Assembly: GCF_000039765.1 (NCBI RefSeq)
Contig: NC_004459.3
Location: forward strand, 1,470,001-1,502,000
DNA: 32,000 nt
From: Vibrio vulnificus CMCP6
GTDB lineage: Bacteria; Pseudomonadota; Gammaproteobacteria; Enterobacterales; Vibrionaceae
Reading direction: 5' to 3'
Shown here: in pieces, positions 23,383 to 32,000 of the stretch
Numbering within the stretch: position 1 is the stretch's first letter
Layout: every line of letters starts with the position of its first letter
Program-made: the position numbers and the translations under genes
The notes under the pieces: model-generated
Told to the model about the DNA's origin: nothing
What the model saw: the letters and a program-made list of their open reading frames with translations, nothing else
The model's database searches: none

Positions 23383-24009
23383 ATGCCACACCAAACAAGC
23401 CAGCAAATTCATCAAGCGCTGCTGATGCAGTGCCAATCTTTTCCGTTTCTGTGTTCCGTGCTGGAGCGCAATGGCCCACGCACACTTGAGCGGCAACCGA
23501 CGTCGAGTTTTCTGCCTTACTTAAGCCGAGCGGTCGCCGGGCAGCAATTGTCGGTTAACGCAGCGAAGACCATCTGGCGACGTGTAGAGTCGTTGAGCGC
23601 AGAGAAGGGCTCTTTGCAACAGACGTTTGTTGATGAACACTATCAAGCACTGCGCGATTGCGGGTTATCGAATGCCAAAGTCAAAACCATTTTGGGCATC
23701 AATCAGGCCCTGATGGAAGGGGCGCTGGACAGTGCATTTTTGGCCAGTAATGATCCCCAGACGATTGTGAAGCAGTTAACGGGTTTATGGGGGATTGGGC
23801 CTTGGACGGCAGAGATGGCGCTGATGTTTTTCTTTGGCATGCCTGATGTCTGGTCTGCTGGTGATGCCGCTCTGATGCGTGGTCTCTCATCGTTGGCCGA
23901 AAAAGAAGGCGTTGATGCAGAAGCTATTTTATCCGCAGCCACGCCTTATCGTACCTATCTTGCTTTGCATATCTGGGAGATGCTGGATGCCGAACTGCTC
24001 TCCGAGTAG
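23383..24009 (+). CDS. DNA-3-methyladenine glycosylase II-like (HhH-GPD) DNA glycosylase
   Basis: HhH motif LTGLWGIGPWTAEMALMFFFGMPDVWSAGDAALMRGL, with an Asp at the catalytic position; AVAGQQLSVNAAKTIWRR. Confidence 0.88.
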   Translation: MPHQTSQQIHQALLMQCQSFPFLCSVLERNGPRTLERQPTSSFLPYLSRAVAGQQLSVNAAKTIWRRVESLSAEKGSLQQTFVDEHYQALRDCGLSNAKVKTILGINQALMEGALDSAFLASNDPQTIVKQLTGLWGIGPWTAEMALMFFFGMPDVWSAGDAALMRGLSSLAEKEGVDAEAILSAATPYRTYLALHIWEMLDAELLSE

Positions 24010-24010
24010 G

Positions 24011-25180
24011 TTACTCTTCAGCCATAAACGCTTCGAGCAAGTCGTTTAGGAACAGCTTACCTTTCTCTGTGATTTGCCAACTGGTTTCGTTGTCATTCAA
24101 ATAGCCCATCTCAACGGCCCATTGAATGGTTGTCTCGATAAAACTCAGTGGTAGCCCTGTTGTATCAATGAAATCTTGTTTAGGGCACGCTTCCATCAAT
24201 CTAAAGCGATTCATAAAGAACTCGAACGGACGATCGATCTCTTCGACCAACTGTTCGCTATCAAGATAGGGTTTGACCATATTTTGATGCGCCGCCAAGT
24301 AGCCCTTCGGGTGCTTAATTTTGGTGGTGCGAATGATGCGACCGTCAGCAAAGCTCAGTTTGCCGTGTGAGCCACAGCCAATCCCTAAGTAATCACCAAA
24401 ACGCCAGTAGTTAAGATTGTGCTGACATTGATAACCGGGTTTGCTGTAACCGGAAATCTCATACTGCACGTATCCCGCTTGTGTGAGTTTTTGATGACCT
24501 CGCTCAAAGATGTCCCACAACTGGTCGTCGTCGGGGAGAGCCGGCGGTTTGTAGTAGAACATGGTATTTGGCTCAATAGTGAGCTGATACCAAGAAAGAT
24601 GAGGCGGATTAAGTTCAATCGCTTTGTCCAGATCGGCCAGAGCTTGTTCGATGCTTTGATCGGGCAAACCGTGCATGAGATCGAGGTTAAAACTGTTCAA
24701 GCCAATTTGATGAGCCAGTTTCGCGGCGTTCACTGCTTCATCTTGGCCATGAATACGCCCCAAACGCTCAAGTTTTTGCTGCTCAAAACTTTGTACACCG
24801 ATGGAGATGCGCGTGACCCCTGCTTTGCGATAGCCCGCAAAGCGCTCAGCTTCGATGGTGCCGGGATTGGCTTCCATGGTGATCTCGATCGAAGGCGTAA
24901 AGGGAATGCGTTTTTCGATCCCTTGCAAAAGATCTCGAATGCCTTCTGCTGAGATGAGGCTTGGTGTGCCTCCACCGATAAAAATCGAGTGCAGTGGTCT
25001 TGGCGCGCGGTGAAGCTGATACTTTTCGATATCACGGTCAAGATCTTCCAGCAGCGCATTGATGTACATCTGCTCTGGGATCTGCTCTTTGAGCGCGTGA
25101 GAGTTGAAGTCGCAATAAGGGCACTTTTGTACACACCATGGGATGTGAACATACAAACTGAGTGCAGGGGGCGTTAACAT
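24011..25180 (-). CDS. hemW: Radical-SAM HemW (HemN-like) heme chaperone
   Basis: LYVHIPWCVQKCPYCDFNSH (CxxxCxxC) and HPPHLSWYQLTIEPNTMFY; adjacent to rdgB. Confidence 0.94.
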   Translation of the reverse strand: MLTPPALSLYVHIPWCVQKCPYCDFNSHALKEQIPEQMYINALLEDLDRDIEKYQLHRAPRPLHSIFIGGGTPSLISAEGIRDLLQGIEKRIPFTPSIEITMEANPGTIEAERFAGYRKAGVTRISIGVQSFEQQKLERLGRIHGQDEAVNAAKLAHQIGLNSFNLDLMHGLPDQSIEQALADLDKAIELNPPHLSWYQLTIEPNTMFYYKPPALPDDDQLWDIFERGHQKLTQAGYVQYEISGYSKPGYQCQHNLNYWRFGDYLGIGCGSHGKLSFADGRIIRTTKIKHPKGYLAAHQNMVKPYLDSEQLVEEIDRPFEFFMNRFRLMEACPKQDFIDTTGLPLSFIETTIQWAVEMGYLNDNETSWQITEKGKLFLNDLLEAFMAEE

Positions 25181-25189
25181 GCGAGCACC

Positions 25190-25792
25190 TTACACCAAAG
25201 GTTGTTCACGTAGCGTAGCAAAAAGCTGTTTCAATGCTTTGCCACGATGAGAGAGTTGTTTCTTGCGCACAGGTTCAAGCTCGGCAGAAGCGCAGTTGTC
25301 TTCTGGGACGAAGAAGATTGGATCGTAGCCAAAGCCATTGTCACCGTGTGCTTGCGTTAAGATGCGGCCTTCCCATTTGCCGTGGCAGACAATGGGTGTC
25401 GGGTCGTTTTCGTGGCGCATCAACACCAACACACAATGGAAACGCGCGGTGCGTTGCGCTTCTGGCACACCTTCCATCGCTGTTAATAGCTTTTCTAAAT
25501 TCTCTTGATCTGAGGCTTTCTCTCCTGCGTAACGTGCAGAGTAAATCCCAGGAGCGCCCTGAAGAAAATCCACTTCTAAACCTGAATCATCCGCAATCGC
25601 TGCAAGCCCGGTCTCTTTAGCTGCGTGACGCGCCTTGATGATGGCATTTTCAATGAAAGTTGTGCCCGTTTCAGCCACTTCAGACACATTGAATTCGCTT
25701 TGTGCGACGACATCAAAACCGAAATCGGCAAGTAGGTCTGCCATTTCGCGAACTTTGCCTTGGTTACCTGTGGCTAATACGATCTTTTTCAT
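25190..25792 (-). CDS. rdgB: dITP/XTP pyrophosphatase (RdgB/HAM1)
   Basis: [45 protein letters not shown] and FGYDPIF; start assigned to ATG at 25792. Confidence 0.95.
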   Translation of the reverse strand: MKKIVLATGNQGKVREMADLLADFGFDVVAQSEFNVSEVAETGTTFIENAIIKARHAAKETGLAAIADDSGLEVDFLQGAPGIYSARYAGEKASDQENLEKLLTAMEGVPEAQRTARFHCVLVLMRHENDPTPIVCHGKWEGRILTQAHGDNGFGYDPIFFVPEDNCASAELEPVRKKQLSHRGKALKQLFATLREQPLV

Positions 25793-25802
25793 GGTGTTCT
25801 CG

Positions 25803-26234
25803 TTATTCTTCAACATAAAACTTTTGGGTAAATTTGAGTTTGCCTGCGCCTTTGATGCCTGCGTTGACATCCAGATCGAAGGTCAGGGTCTCTTCGTGGC
25901 TGATCGGCAACTCCGCTAAATAATAAATCGCGCTCCCTTCTTGGACACGCTTAAATTCCAGAGTACGAATTTGGCCGAGTAAATTCTTGGCTTGGCCGGA
26001 TATTGTGGCATCCAGTGCTGGTTTTCCTACACGGCTTTTGTCCAACACACTGATGTTGATAATGGCACTGTATTCGTTACGTTTTAGCCCATAGCTTCTC
26101 GCCACTTTGGCGGTTAAAAAGGTGGAATTGAATGCGATGTAATGCACTTCCGCATCTTTAATGGTTTTGAATTGTTCTGCCCATGTTGGTAGGGCCATCA
26201 GGCAACTCAGTAACGCAACCATCCATTTGTTCAT
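25803..26234 (-). CDS. DUF4426-like exported protein of unknown function
   Basis: Signal peptide [19 protein letters not shown] followed by [34 protein letters not shown]; conserved neighbour of rdgB/yggU in gammaproteobacteria. Confidence 0.7.
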   Translation of the reverse strand: MNKWMVALLSCLMALPTWAEQFKTIKDAEVHYIAFNSTFLTAKVARSYGLKRNEYSAIINISVLDKSRVGKPALDATISGQAKNLLGQIRTLEFKRVQEGSAIYYLAELPISHEETLTFDLDVNAGIKGAGKLKFTQKFYVEE

Positions 26235-26276
26235 TGTAGACTTCCTTACTCGTTATTGGCGGTAAACAAAAAGCCA

Positions 26277-26567
26277 TCACAAGATGGCTTTCACTTCGTC
26301 TGGTATTTGTTGTGGAGTGTGAACACGCACTTGTTTGTGCCGTCCGAGTTCTCCTTTTTCTATCGTGACCAGACTTTTAGCAACTTTAAACCACTTACCC
26401 AGTAACTTGGTTAAATGCCCATTTGCTTTCCCATCGACGGGGGGCGCGGTGATGGCAATTTTCAGTTCATCACCATGCAAGCCAAGGATTTTATCACGAC
26501 TTGCTTTGGGTTGGATGTAGAGACGAAGCACTACATCCTCACCATCAAGCCAAACCGTTTGGCTCAT
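26277..26567 (-). CDS. yggU: DUF167 / YggU family protein
   Basis: [49 protein letters not shown]; start MSQTVWLDG at 26567 overlaps the yggT stop (TAATG). Confidence 0.9.
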   Translation of the reverse strand: MSQTVWLDGEDVVLRLYIQPKASRDKILGLHGDELKIAITAPPVDGKANGHLTKLLGKWFKVAKSLVTIEKGELGRHKQVRVHTPQQIPDEVKAIL

Positions 26568-27124
26568 TACAACTGATACCAAATCGGGCCAATCACATCG
26601 CCCATCAGGAAGTTGGCAAATTGCAGAGCGATGAACAGCACCAGCACGCTTAAGTCAAAGCCCCCCATGGCGGGCAAAATACGACGAATCGGTGCCAGCA
26701 TAGGTTCTGTTAATTGATGGAACACGTATTCGATAGGGCTGCGACCTTGGCTCACCCAGCTCAGAATCGCACGAATCAACAGTACCCAGAACAACAGACC
26801 ACCTGCGGCTTTCACCAGTGACAGTAGGCCAAGGTAGAGGAAATCGGCACTAAAGGTGACGGAACCACTAGACGCAATTAGGATCAGCGCAACAAACTTC
26901 AACACACATAAGACGTAGGCAAACAGCACAGTGGCGAGATCGATACTGCCAATCGATGGGATCACACGGCGCAGCGGGCCAATTACGGGTTGGGTTGCTT
27001 TGACGATAAACTGCGAAAATGGATTGTAAAAATCCGCACGCGCGGCTTGCAGCCAAATTCGTAAGATCACGACCATGATATAGAGATCAAACAGCGTCGA
27101 AATCAGAAAACTCATTGCATTCAT
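26567..27124 (-). CDS. yggT: YggT family membrane protein
   Basis: Two repeated hydrophobic YggT units ([37 protein letters not shown] and [35 protein letters not shown]). Confidence 0.92.
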   Translation of the reverse strand: MNAMSFLISTLFDLYIMVVILRIWLQAARADFYNPFSQFIVKATQPVIGPLRRVIPSIGSIDLATVLFAYVLCVLKFVALILIASSGSVTFSADFLYLGLLSLVKAAGGLLFWVLLIRAILSWVSQGRSPIEYVFHQLTEPMLAPIRRILPAMGGFDLSVLVLFIALQFANFLMGDVIGPIWYQL

Positions 27125-27165
27125 AGATGCCCCTTAAAACGTAGAGCTGCTAAGCAGCCAGGTGA

Positions 27166-27984
27166 TTAAAACAGTTTTTCCATCTCTTGCGCGCGAGCCA
27201 CTGCCGCTTGCATGGCTTTGGCTACGATATCAGAGAGTTGATGTTCATTGAAAGTGCGCAATGCTTCGGCGGTGGTCCCTCCTTTCGAGGTGACGTTCTC
27301 GCGCAGAGTCGCCAGTTCGGTGTCTGGGTTTTCCACTACCATACTGGCCGCCCCCAATGCGGATTGCTGAACCAGCAAACGAGCGGTTTGTTTATCAAAC
27401 CCTTGCGCCATCGCTTCAGCTTGCATGGCTTCCATAAAGAGGAAGAAGTACGCTGGAGCACTGCCTGCCGCCGCAATAACGTGGTTAATGCCCGATTCTT
27501 CATCGACCCAGCAGGTTTTGCCGACCGCTTGCATTAACTGCTCGGCAAAGTGGCGATCTTGCTCGGCCACTGAGGCTGGCGCATATAAGCCGCTCATGCC
27601 TAACCCGAGTTGTGATGGGGTATTGGGCATGACGCGCACTAAGTTGAGTTGAGTGGCGAGCATGTCATTTAATCGTGCGCAATTGATGCCTGCGGCAATC
27701 GAAATAACCAGCTTATTGGAGAAATCGACGGATTGCAGCGGTTTGCACACTTCTTCCATCATTTGCGGTTTGACAGAAAGGACGATCACGTCTGCTTGCG
27801 TTGCTGCCATGAGATTATCGCTGGTGGTCTGAATGCCAAACTGCTGCTCAAGGGGTAAACGACGCGTCTCGCTGGGTGCGGTGGCGGTGATTTTATCGGC
27901 AGGGTAACCGTTCGCCACTAAGCCAGAGACAATGGCTCTCACCATATTGCCAGCACCGATAAAAGCGATGTTCTTATGTTCCAT
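27166..27984 (-). CDS. proC: Pyrroline-5-carboxylate reductase
   Basis: IAFIGAGNMVRAIVSGL and the C-terminal KGGTTAEALRTF motif. Confidence 0.95.
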   Translation of the reverse strand: MEHKNIAFIGAGNMVRAIVSGLVANGYPADKITATAPSETRRLPLEQQFGIQTTSDNLMAATQADVIVLSVKPQMMEEVCKPLQSVDFSNKLVISIAAGINCARLNDMLATQLNLVRVMPNTPSQLGLGMSGLYAPASVAEQDRHFAEQLMQAVGKTCWVDEESGINHVIAAAGSAPAYFFLFMEAMQAEAMAQGFDKQTARLLVQQSALGAASMVVENPDTELATLRENVTSKGGTTAEALRTFNEHQLSDIVAKAMQAAVARAQEMEKLF

Positions 27985-28018
27985 ATTTCTGTTCCGCTAG
28001 TAAGTAAAAGTCGCCGAG

Positions 28019-28729
28019 TTACGCTTTGTTGCTGTAATCGCGATGGCCAAAAATGGCGGTGCCAATACGCACCATGGTTGAACCTGATTCGATGGCGGCA
28101 TCCATGTCGCCACTCATGCCCATCGATAAAGTGTCCACGCTTGGATAGCGTTGAACCAAGCGTTGTTGTAGCTCAGCAAGCGGTTGGAATGCAGCCAACT
28201 GAGAAGCGTGGTCATCGACGTTTTCAGGGATTGACATCAACCCTCTTAACGTGAGGTTCGGGAGGGTAGAAATCAACTCAGCAAGTGCAAATATTTCCTC
28301 ACCGGATACGCCTGACTTAGAGGCTTCGCCGCTGGTGTTCACTTGGATCAGCACTTGCAGCGGAGGGAGCTCGGCTGGGCGTTGATCATTTAAACGTTGA
28401 GCGATTTTGTCACGATCAATGGTATGTACCCACGCAAAGTGCTCCGCCACTAAGCGACTTTTATTCGATTGAATGGGGCCGATAAAATGCCACTCGATGG
28501 ATTTCTCAGGGTGTTGCTCGGCAAAAAATCGGACTTTTTCTACGCCTTCTTGCACGTAGTTCTCACCAAAAGCCCTTTGACCTGCATGATAGGCTTCGAG
28601 AATCGCCTCGACAGGTTTGGTTTTACTGACCGCTAAAAGTTGCACTGAGTCTCGAGCTCGTCCACACTTTTGCGTAGAGTCGTGAATCTGTGTGGTGATA
28701 TGTTCAATGTTTTGTTGAATACTGTTCAT
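28019..28729 (-). CDS. yggS: Pyridoxal phosphate homeostasis protein (YggS/PROSC family)
   Basis: VQLLAVSKTKPVEAILEAYHAGQRAFGENYVQE and LSMGMSGDMDAAIESGSTMVRIGTAIFG. Confidence 0.95.
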   Translation of the reverse strand: MNSIQQNIEHITTQIHDSTQKCGRARDSVQLLAVSKTKPVEAILEAYHAGQRAFGENYVQEGVEKVRFFAEQHPEKSIEWHFIGPIQSNKSRLVAEHFAWVHTIDRDKIAQRLNDQRPAELPPLQVLIQVNTSGEASKSGVSGEEIFALAELISTLPNLTLRGLMSIPENVDDHASQLAAFQPLAELQQRLVQRYPSVDTLSMGMSGDMDAAIESGSTMVRIGTAIFGHRDYSNKA

Positions 28730-28753
28730 CGCAAGTCTTTTAAGGGAAAAATA

Positions 28754-29791
28754 ATGGATATCACTGAGTTACTGGATTTTAGTGTAAAACATAACGCATC
28801 AGATCTACATCTTTCTGCGGGTGTGCCTCCTATGGTACGCATAGATGGCGATGTAAGAAAGCTCGGTGTGCCCGCATTTAATCATGCTGATGTGCATCGT
28901 TTGGTTTTTGAGATCATGAACGATTCACAGCGCAGTGAGTTTGAAGAGAAGTTGGAAGTCGATTTTTCCTTTGAATTGCCTAACGTAGGTCGTTTTCGTG
29001 TTAACGCCTTCAACCAATCTCGCGGCTGCTCTGCGGTGTTTCGTACCATTCCAACCAATATCCCAACCTTGGAAGAGCTTGAGTGTCCGCAAATTTTTGA
29101 AAAAATTGCGAAGTGTGAAAAGGGCTTGGTGTTGGTCACCGGGCCGACAGGTTCGGGTAAATCGACCACGTTAGCGGCGATGGTGGATTACATTAACCGC
29201 AACTACAACAAACACATCCTGACCATTGAAGATCCGATTGAATTTGTTCACCAAAATCAGAAATGTTTGATTAACCAACGCGAAGTTCATCGCGACACCC
29301 ACAGTTTTAAAAATGCCCTGCGCAGCGCATTGCGTGAGGACCCAGACGTTATCTTGGTGGGTGAGTTACGTGACCAAGAGACCATCAGCCTAGCGCTTAC
29401 CGCGGCAGAAACGGGTCACTTGGTGTTTGGTACGTTGCACACCAGTAGTGCAGCAAAAACCATTGACCGTATTATCGATGTGTTCCCTGGCAGTGACAAA
29501 GACATGGTGCGCTCAATGCTTTCTGAATCATTGCGCGCCGTTATCGCACAGAAATTGCTGAAACGCATTGGCGGTGGGCGAGTGGCGTGTCATGAGATCA
29601 TGATGGCAACGCCAGCCATTCGTAACTTGATCCGTGAAGACAAAGTGGCACAAATGTACTCCATTATCCAAACGGGGGCTGCGCACGGCATGCAGACGAT
29701 GGAACAGAATGCGCGTCAGTTGATTGCACAGGGCAAAGTGGCCAAAGAAGAAGTCGACGCCAAAATTGAGATTGAAACTATCCAGTTTTAA
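28754..29791 (+). CDS. pilT: Type IV pilus retraction ATPase PilT
   Basis: MDITELLDFSVKHNASDLHLSAGVPPMVRIDG, Walker A GPTGSGKSTTLAAMVD and AIRNLIRE motif; start at 28754 within ORF 28670-29791. Confidence 0.96.
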   Translation: MDITELLDFSVKHNASDLHLSAGVPPMVRIDGDVRKLGVPAFNHADVHRLVFEIMNDSQRSEFEEKLEVDFSFELPNVGRFRVNAFNQSRGCSAVFRTIPTNIPTLEELECPQIFEKIAKCEKGLVLVTGPTGSGKSTTLAAMVDYINRNYNKHILTIEDPIEFVHQNQKCLINQREVHRDTHSFKNALRSALREDPDVILVGELRDQETISLALTAAETGHLVFGTLHTSSAAKTIDRIIDVFPGSDKDMVRSMLSESLRAVIAQKLLKRIGGGRVACHEIMMATPAIRNLIREDKVAQMYSIIQTGAAHGMQTMEQNARQLIAQGKVAKEEVDAKIEIETIQF

Positions 29792-29803
29792 CTGAGGTCT
29801 GCA

Positions 29804-30916
29804 ATGAGCATGGATTTAAACAAGATTTTAGAAGGGATGATCACGCTTAAAGCGTCGGATCTTTATATCACGGTTGGTGCCCCCGTGCTGTTTCGTGTCG
29901 ATGGCGAGCTGCGCCCGCAAGGCGAAAAATTATCGCAAATTGAAGTCGCTCAACTGCTGGATGGGGCGATGGACGAAGAGCGGCGCGCTGACTTTCGCAA
30001 AAGCCGCGAGTCAAACTTTGCCATTGTGCGAGATTCGGGGCGTTTTCGTGTCAGTGCCTTCTACCAACGAGAGCTTCCTGGTGCGGTGATTCGCCGCATT
30101 GAAACCAACATTCCAACCTTTGAGGAACTTAAGCTGCCTCATGTTTTGCAAGACTTAGCGATTGCCAAACGTGGATTGGTGCTGGTGGTGGGCGCGACGG
30201 GCTCTGGTAAATCGACCACCATGGCTGCGATGACGGGATATCGAAATACCCACCGTAGTGGACACATTTTGACGGTGGAAGATCCGATTGAATTTGTCCA
30301 CGAACATAAACGCTGTATTGTCACCCAGCGTGAAGTCGGTTTGGATACGGAAAGCTATGAAGTCGCACTAAAGAACTCGCTGCGTCAAGCGCCAGATATG
30401 ATTCTAATTGGTGAGATTCGCAGTCGGGAAACCATGGAATACGCCATGACCTTTGCTGAAACGGGTCACTTGTGTATGGCGACACTGCATGCCAATAACG
30501 CCAACCAAGCACTGGAGCGCATCTTACACTTGGTGCCTAAAGAACAAAAAGAGCAGTTTTTGTTTGACCTTTCCATGAACTTAAAAGGGGTAGTTGGTCA
30601 GCAGTTGATTCGTGATAAAAATGGTAAAGGTCGTCACGGTGTGTTCGAGGTGTTACTTAACAGTCCGCGCGTGTCGGATTTGATCCGTCGTGGCGATTTG
30701 CATGAGCTGAAAATGACTATGGCGAAGTCGAAAGAAGTCGGTATGCAGACCTTTGACCAATCACTCTATACATTAGTAGTGGAAGGCAAAATCAGCGAAG
30801 AAGACGCCATGCACAGTGCCGATTCCGCCAACGATTTACGTTTGATGCTGAAGACGCAGCGAGGTGATATTAGTTCCCCCGGCTCATTGGCGAACGTGAA
30901 GATTGATATGGATTAG
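29804..30916 (+). CDS. pilU: PilT/PilU-type twitching motility ATPase
   Basis: ASDLYITVGAPVLFRVDGEL, Walker A GATGSGKSTTMAAMTG; directly downstream of pilT. Confidence 0.95.
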   Translation: MSMDLNKILEGMITLKASDLYITVGAPVLFRVDGELRPQGEKLSQIEVAQLLDGAMDEERRADFRKSRESNFAIVRDSGRFRVSAFYQRELPGAVIRRIETNIPTFEELKLPHVLQDLAIAKRGLVLVVGATGSGKSTTMAAMTGYRNTHRSGHILTVEDPIEFVHEHKRCIVTQREVGLDTESYEVALKNSLRQAPDMILIGEIRSRETMEYAMTFAETGHLCMATLHANNANQALERILHLVPKEQKEQFLFDLSMNLKGVVGQQLIRDKNGKGRHGVFEVLLNSPRVSDLIRRGDLHELKMTMAKSKEVGMQTFDQSLYTLVVEGKISEEDAMHSADSANDLRLMLKTQRGDISSPGSLANVKIDMD

Positions 30917-30941
30917 TTCGACAGTGCTAAAACACCATGAA

Positions 30942-30970
30942 AAAACGAGAGACTAGAAGTCTCTCGTTTT
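30942..30970. terminator. Bidirectional-type terminator between pilU and yqgF
   Basis: Stem AAAACGAGAGACT-AGA-AGTCTCTCGTTTT with A/T flanks. Confidence 0.8.
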
Positions 30971-31008
30971 GTGTTTAGGGAGTGCGAAGGTGAAGAGTCT
31001 TCTGTGAG

Positions 31009-31431
31009 TTAGCCCCACTGAGCTTCAAACCAACTCTCTAAAATAATCACCGCAGATTGGCAATCAACATTACCTTTGCTCAAAGCTTTGTAACCGCCCA
31101 TAGAGAACAGCTCAGAACGCGCTTCTGTAGTCGATAGGCGTTCATCATGCAATTCAACCGGAAGACCAAAGCGCCCTTGTAGGCGCTGAGCAAACTTCTT
31201 CGCGCGTGGGGTAATGGTTTCTAAGGCCTTGCCGTGCAAATCTGTCGGCAGTCCCACCACCAATAAATTGGGTTGCCACTCTTTGATTTGCTTTTCAATC
31301 TCATCCCAATTTGGAATGCCGTCATTGGCTTTGAAAGCCTTCAGTGGTGATGCGGTGCCAGTAATTTCTTGGCCGATGGCACTACCAATGCTTTTGGTGC
31401 CAAAATCGAATGCCATGATGGTGCGAGACAT
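31009..31431 (-). CDS. yqgF: YqgF/RuvX family putative pre-16S rRNA nuclease
   Basis: [28 protein letters not shown] and [20 protein letters not shown]. Confidence 0.95.
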   Translation of the reverse strand: MSRTIMAFDFGTKSIGSAIGQEITGTASPLKAFKANDGIPNWDEIEKQIKEWQPNLLVVGLPTDLHGKALETITPRAKKFAQRLQGRFGLPVELHDERLSTTEARSELFSMGGYKALSKGNVDCQSAVIILESWFEAQWG

Positions 31432-31452
31432 AAATAACCTAAGTCAAACGGG

Positions 31453-32000
31453 TTAAGCGTGACCAGCTTGATCGGAAAGCTGAGACGCGTGAATTCCAAG
31501 CATTTGCACGGCTTTTTGCCAGCGCATTGCTATCGGTGTGTCAAAAATAATATCAGGATTGGCTTCAACCGTGAGCCACGAGTTTTCCGCTAATTCGGCT
31601 TCGAGTTGTCCAGCACTCCAGCCTGAGTAACCGAGTGCGACGATGTAGCTGCTTGGTTCCGCTTCTGTGCCAAGCACAGTCAAAATGTCCTTTGAGGTCG
31701 TAACGGAGATCTGCTCGGTCATTTGTAAGCTCGACTCATAGAAATCTTTCGGTCTATGGAGAATGAAGCCGCGATCTTCAGCGACTGGCCCGCCATTGTA
31801 GACTGGCTTGGTCAGACTTGAGGTGTTCAACTGAGGATGAACAGGCTGGACATCGACTTGCTCGAGCATTTTGCCCACGGTGATATCAATAGGCGCGTTG
31901 ATCATTAAGCCCATTGCGCCTTCTTCATTATGTTCACAGATATAGATGACGCTGTGCTGAAAGTAGGGATCTTTCATACCCGGCATCGCAACCAGAAAAT
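31453..32000 (-). CDS. yqgE: YqgE/AlgH family protein, 5' end outside the window
   Basis: [32 protein letters not shown]. The frame stays open upstream as ...[13 protein letters not shown] to the window edge, so the 31986 ATG in the track is unlikely to be the true start. Confidence 0.93.

Noticed and set aside
24419-24952. 177-aa plus-strand ORF inside hemW
   Set aside because: Antisense shadow of the radical-SAM hemW gene, which has strong family motifs on the minus strand.

Overview
This is a Vibrio-like chromosomal window. It runs as follows: (i) a partial chitin-oligosaccharide deacetylase divergent from a diacetylchitobiose PTS operon (chbB-C-A-F-G) with a LacI-family regulator; (ii) a VOC protein and a DUF3391/HD-GYP protein; (iii) a complete rRNA operon, 16S-tRNA-Ile-tRNA-Ala-23S-5S-tRNA-Thr-5S-tRNA-Asp; (iv) on the opposite strand, a two-gene unit coding for an oxygen-binding di-iron (ODP)-like metallo-beta-lactamase-fold protein and a small soluble protein carrying a degenerate chemoreceptor (MCP) signalling tip; (v) two tRNA clusters (Phe/Thr/Asn) flanking a Cache-type MCP; (vi) the conserved housekeeping block mltC-yggX-mutY / trmB-glsB-(AlkA-like) / hemW-rdgB-DUF4426-yggU-yggT-proC-yggS / pilT-pilU / yqgF-yqgE. 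The most interesting item is the ODP-like plus mini-MCP pair. Secondary items are a tRNA-Phe paralogue with two compensatory acceptor-stem changes, an intra-operon 5S rRNA pair differing by three compensatory base pairs, and the MCP gene lying between duplicated tRNA arrays. I saw no CRISPR array, prophage, transposase or recognisable defence system.
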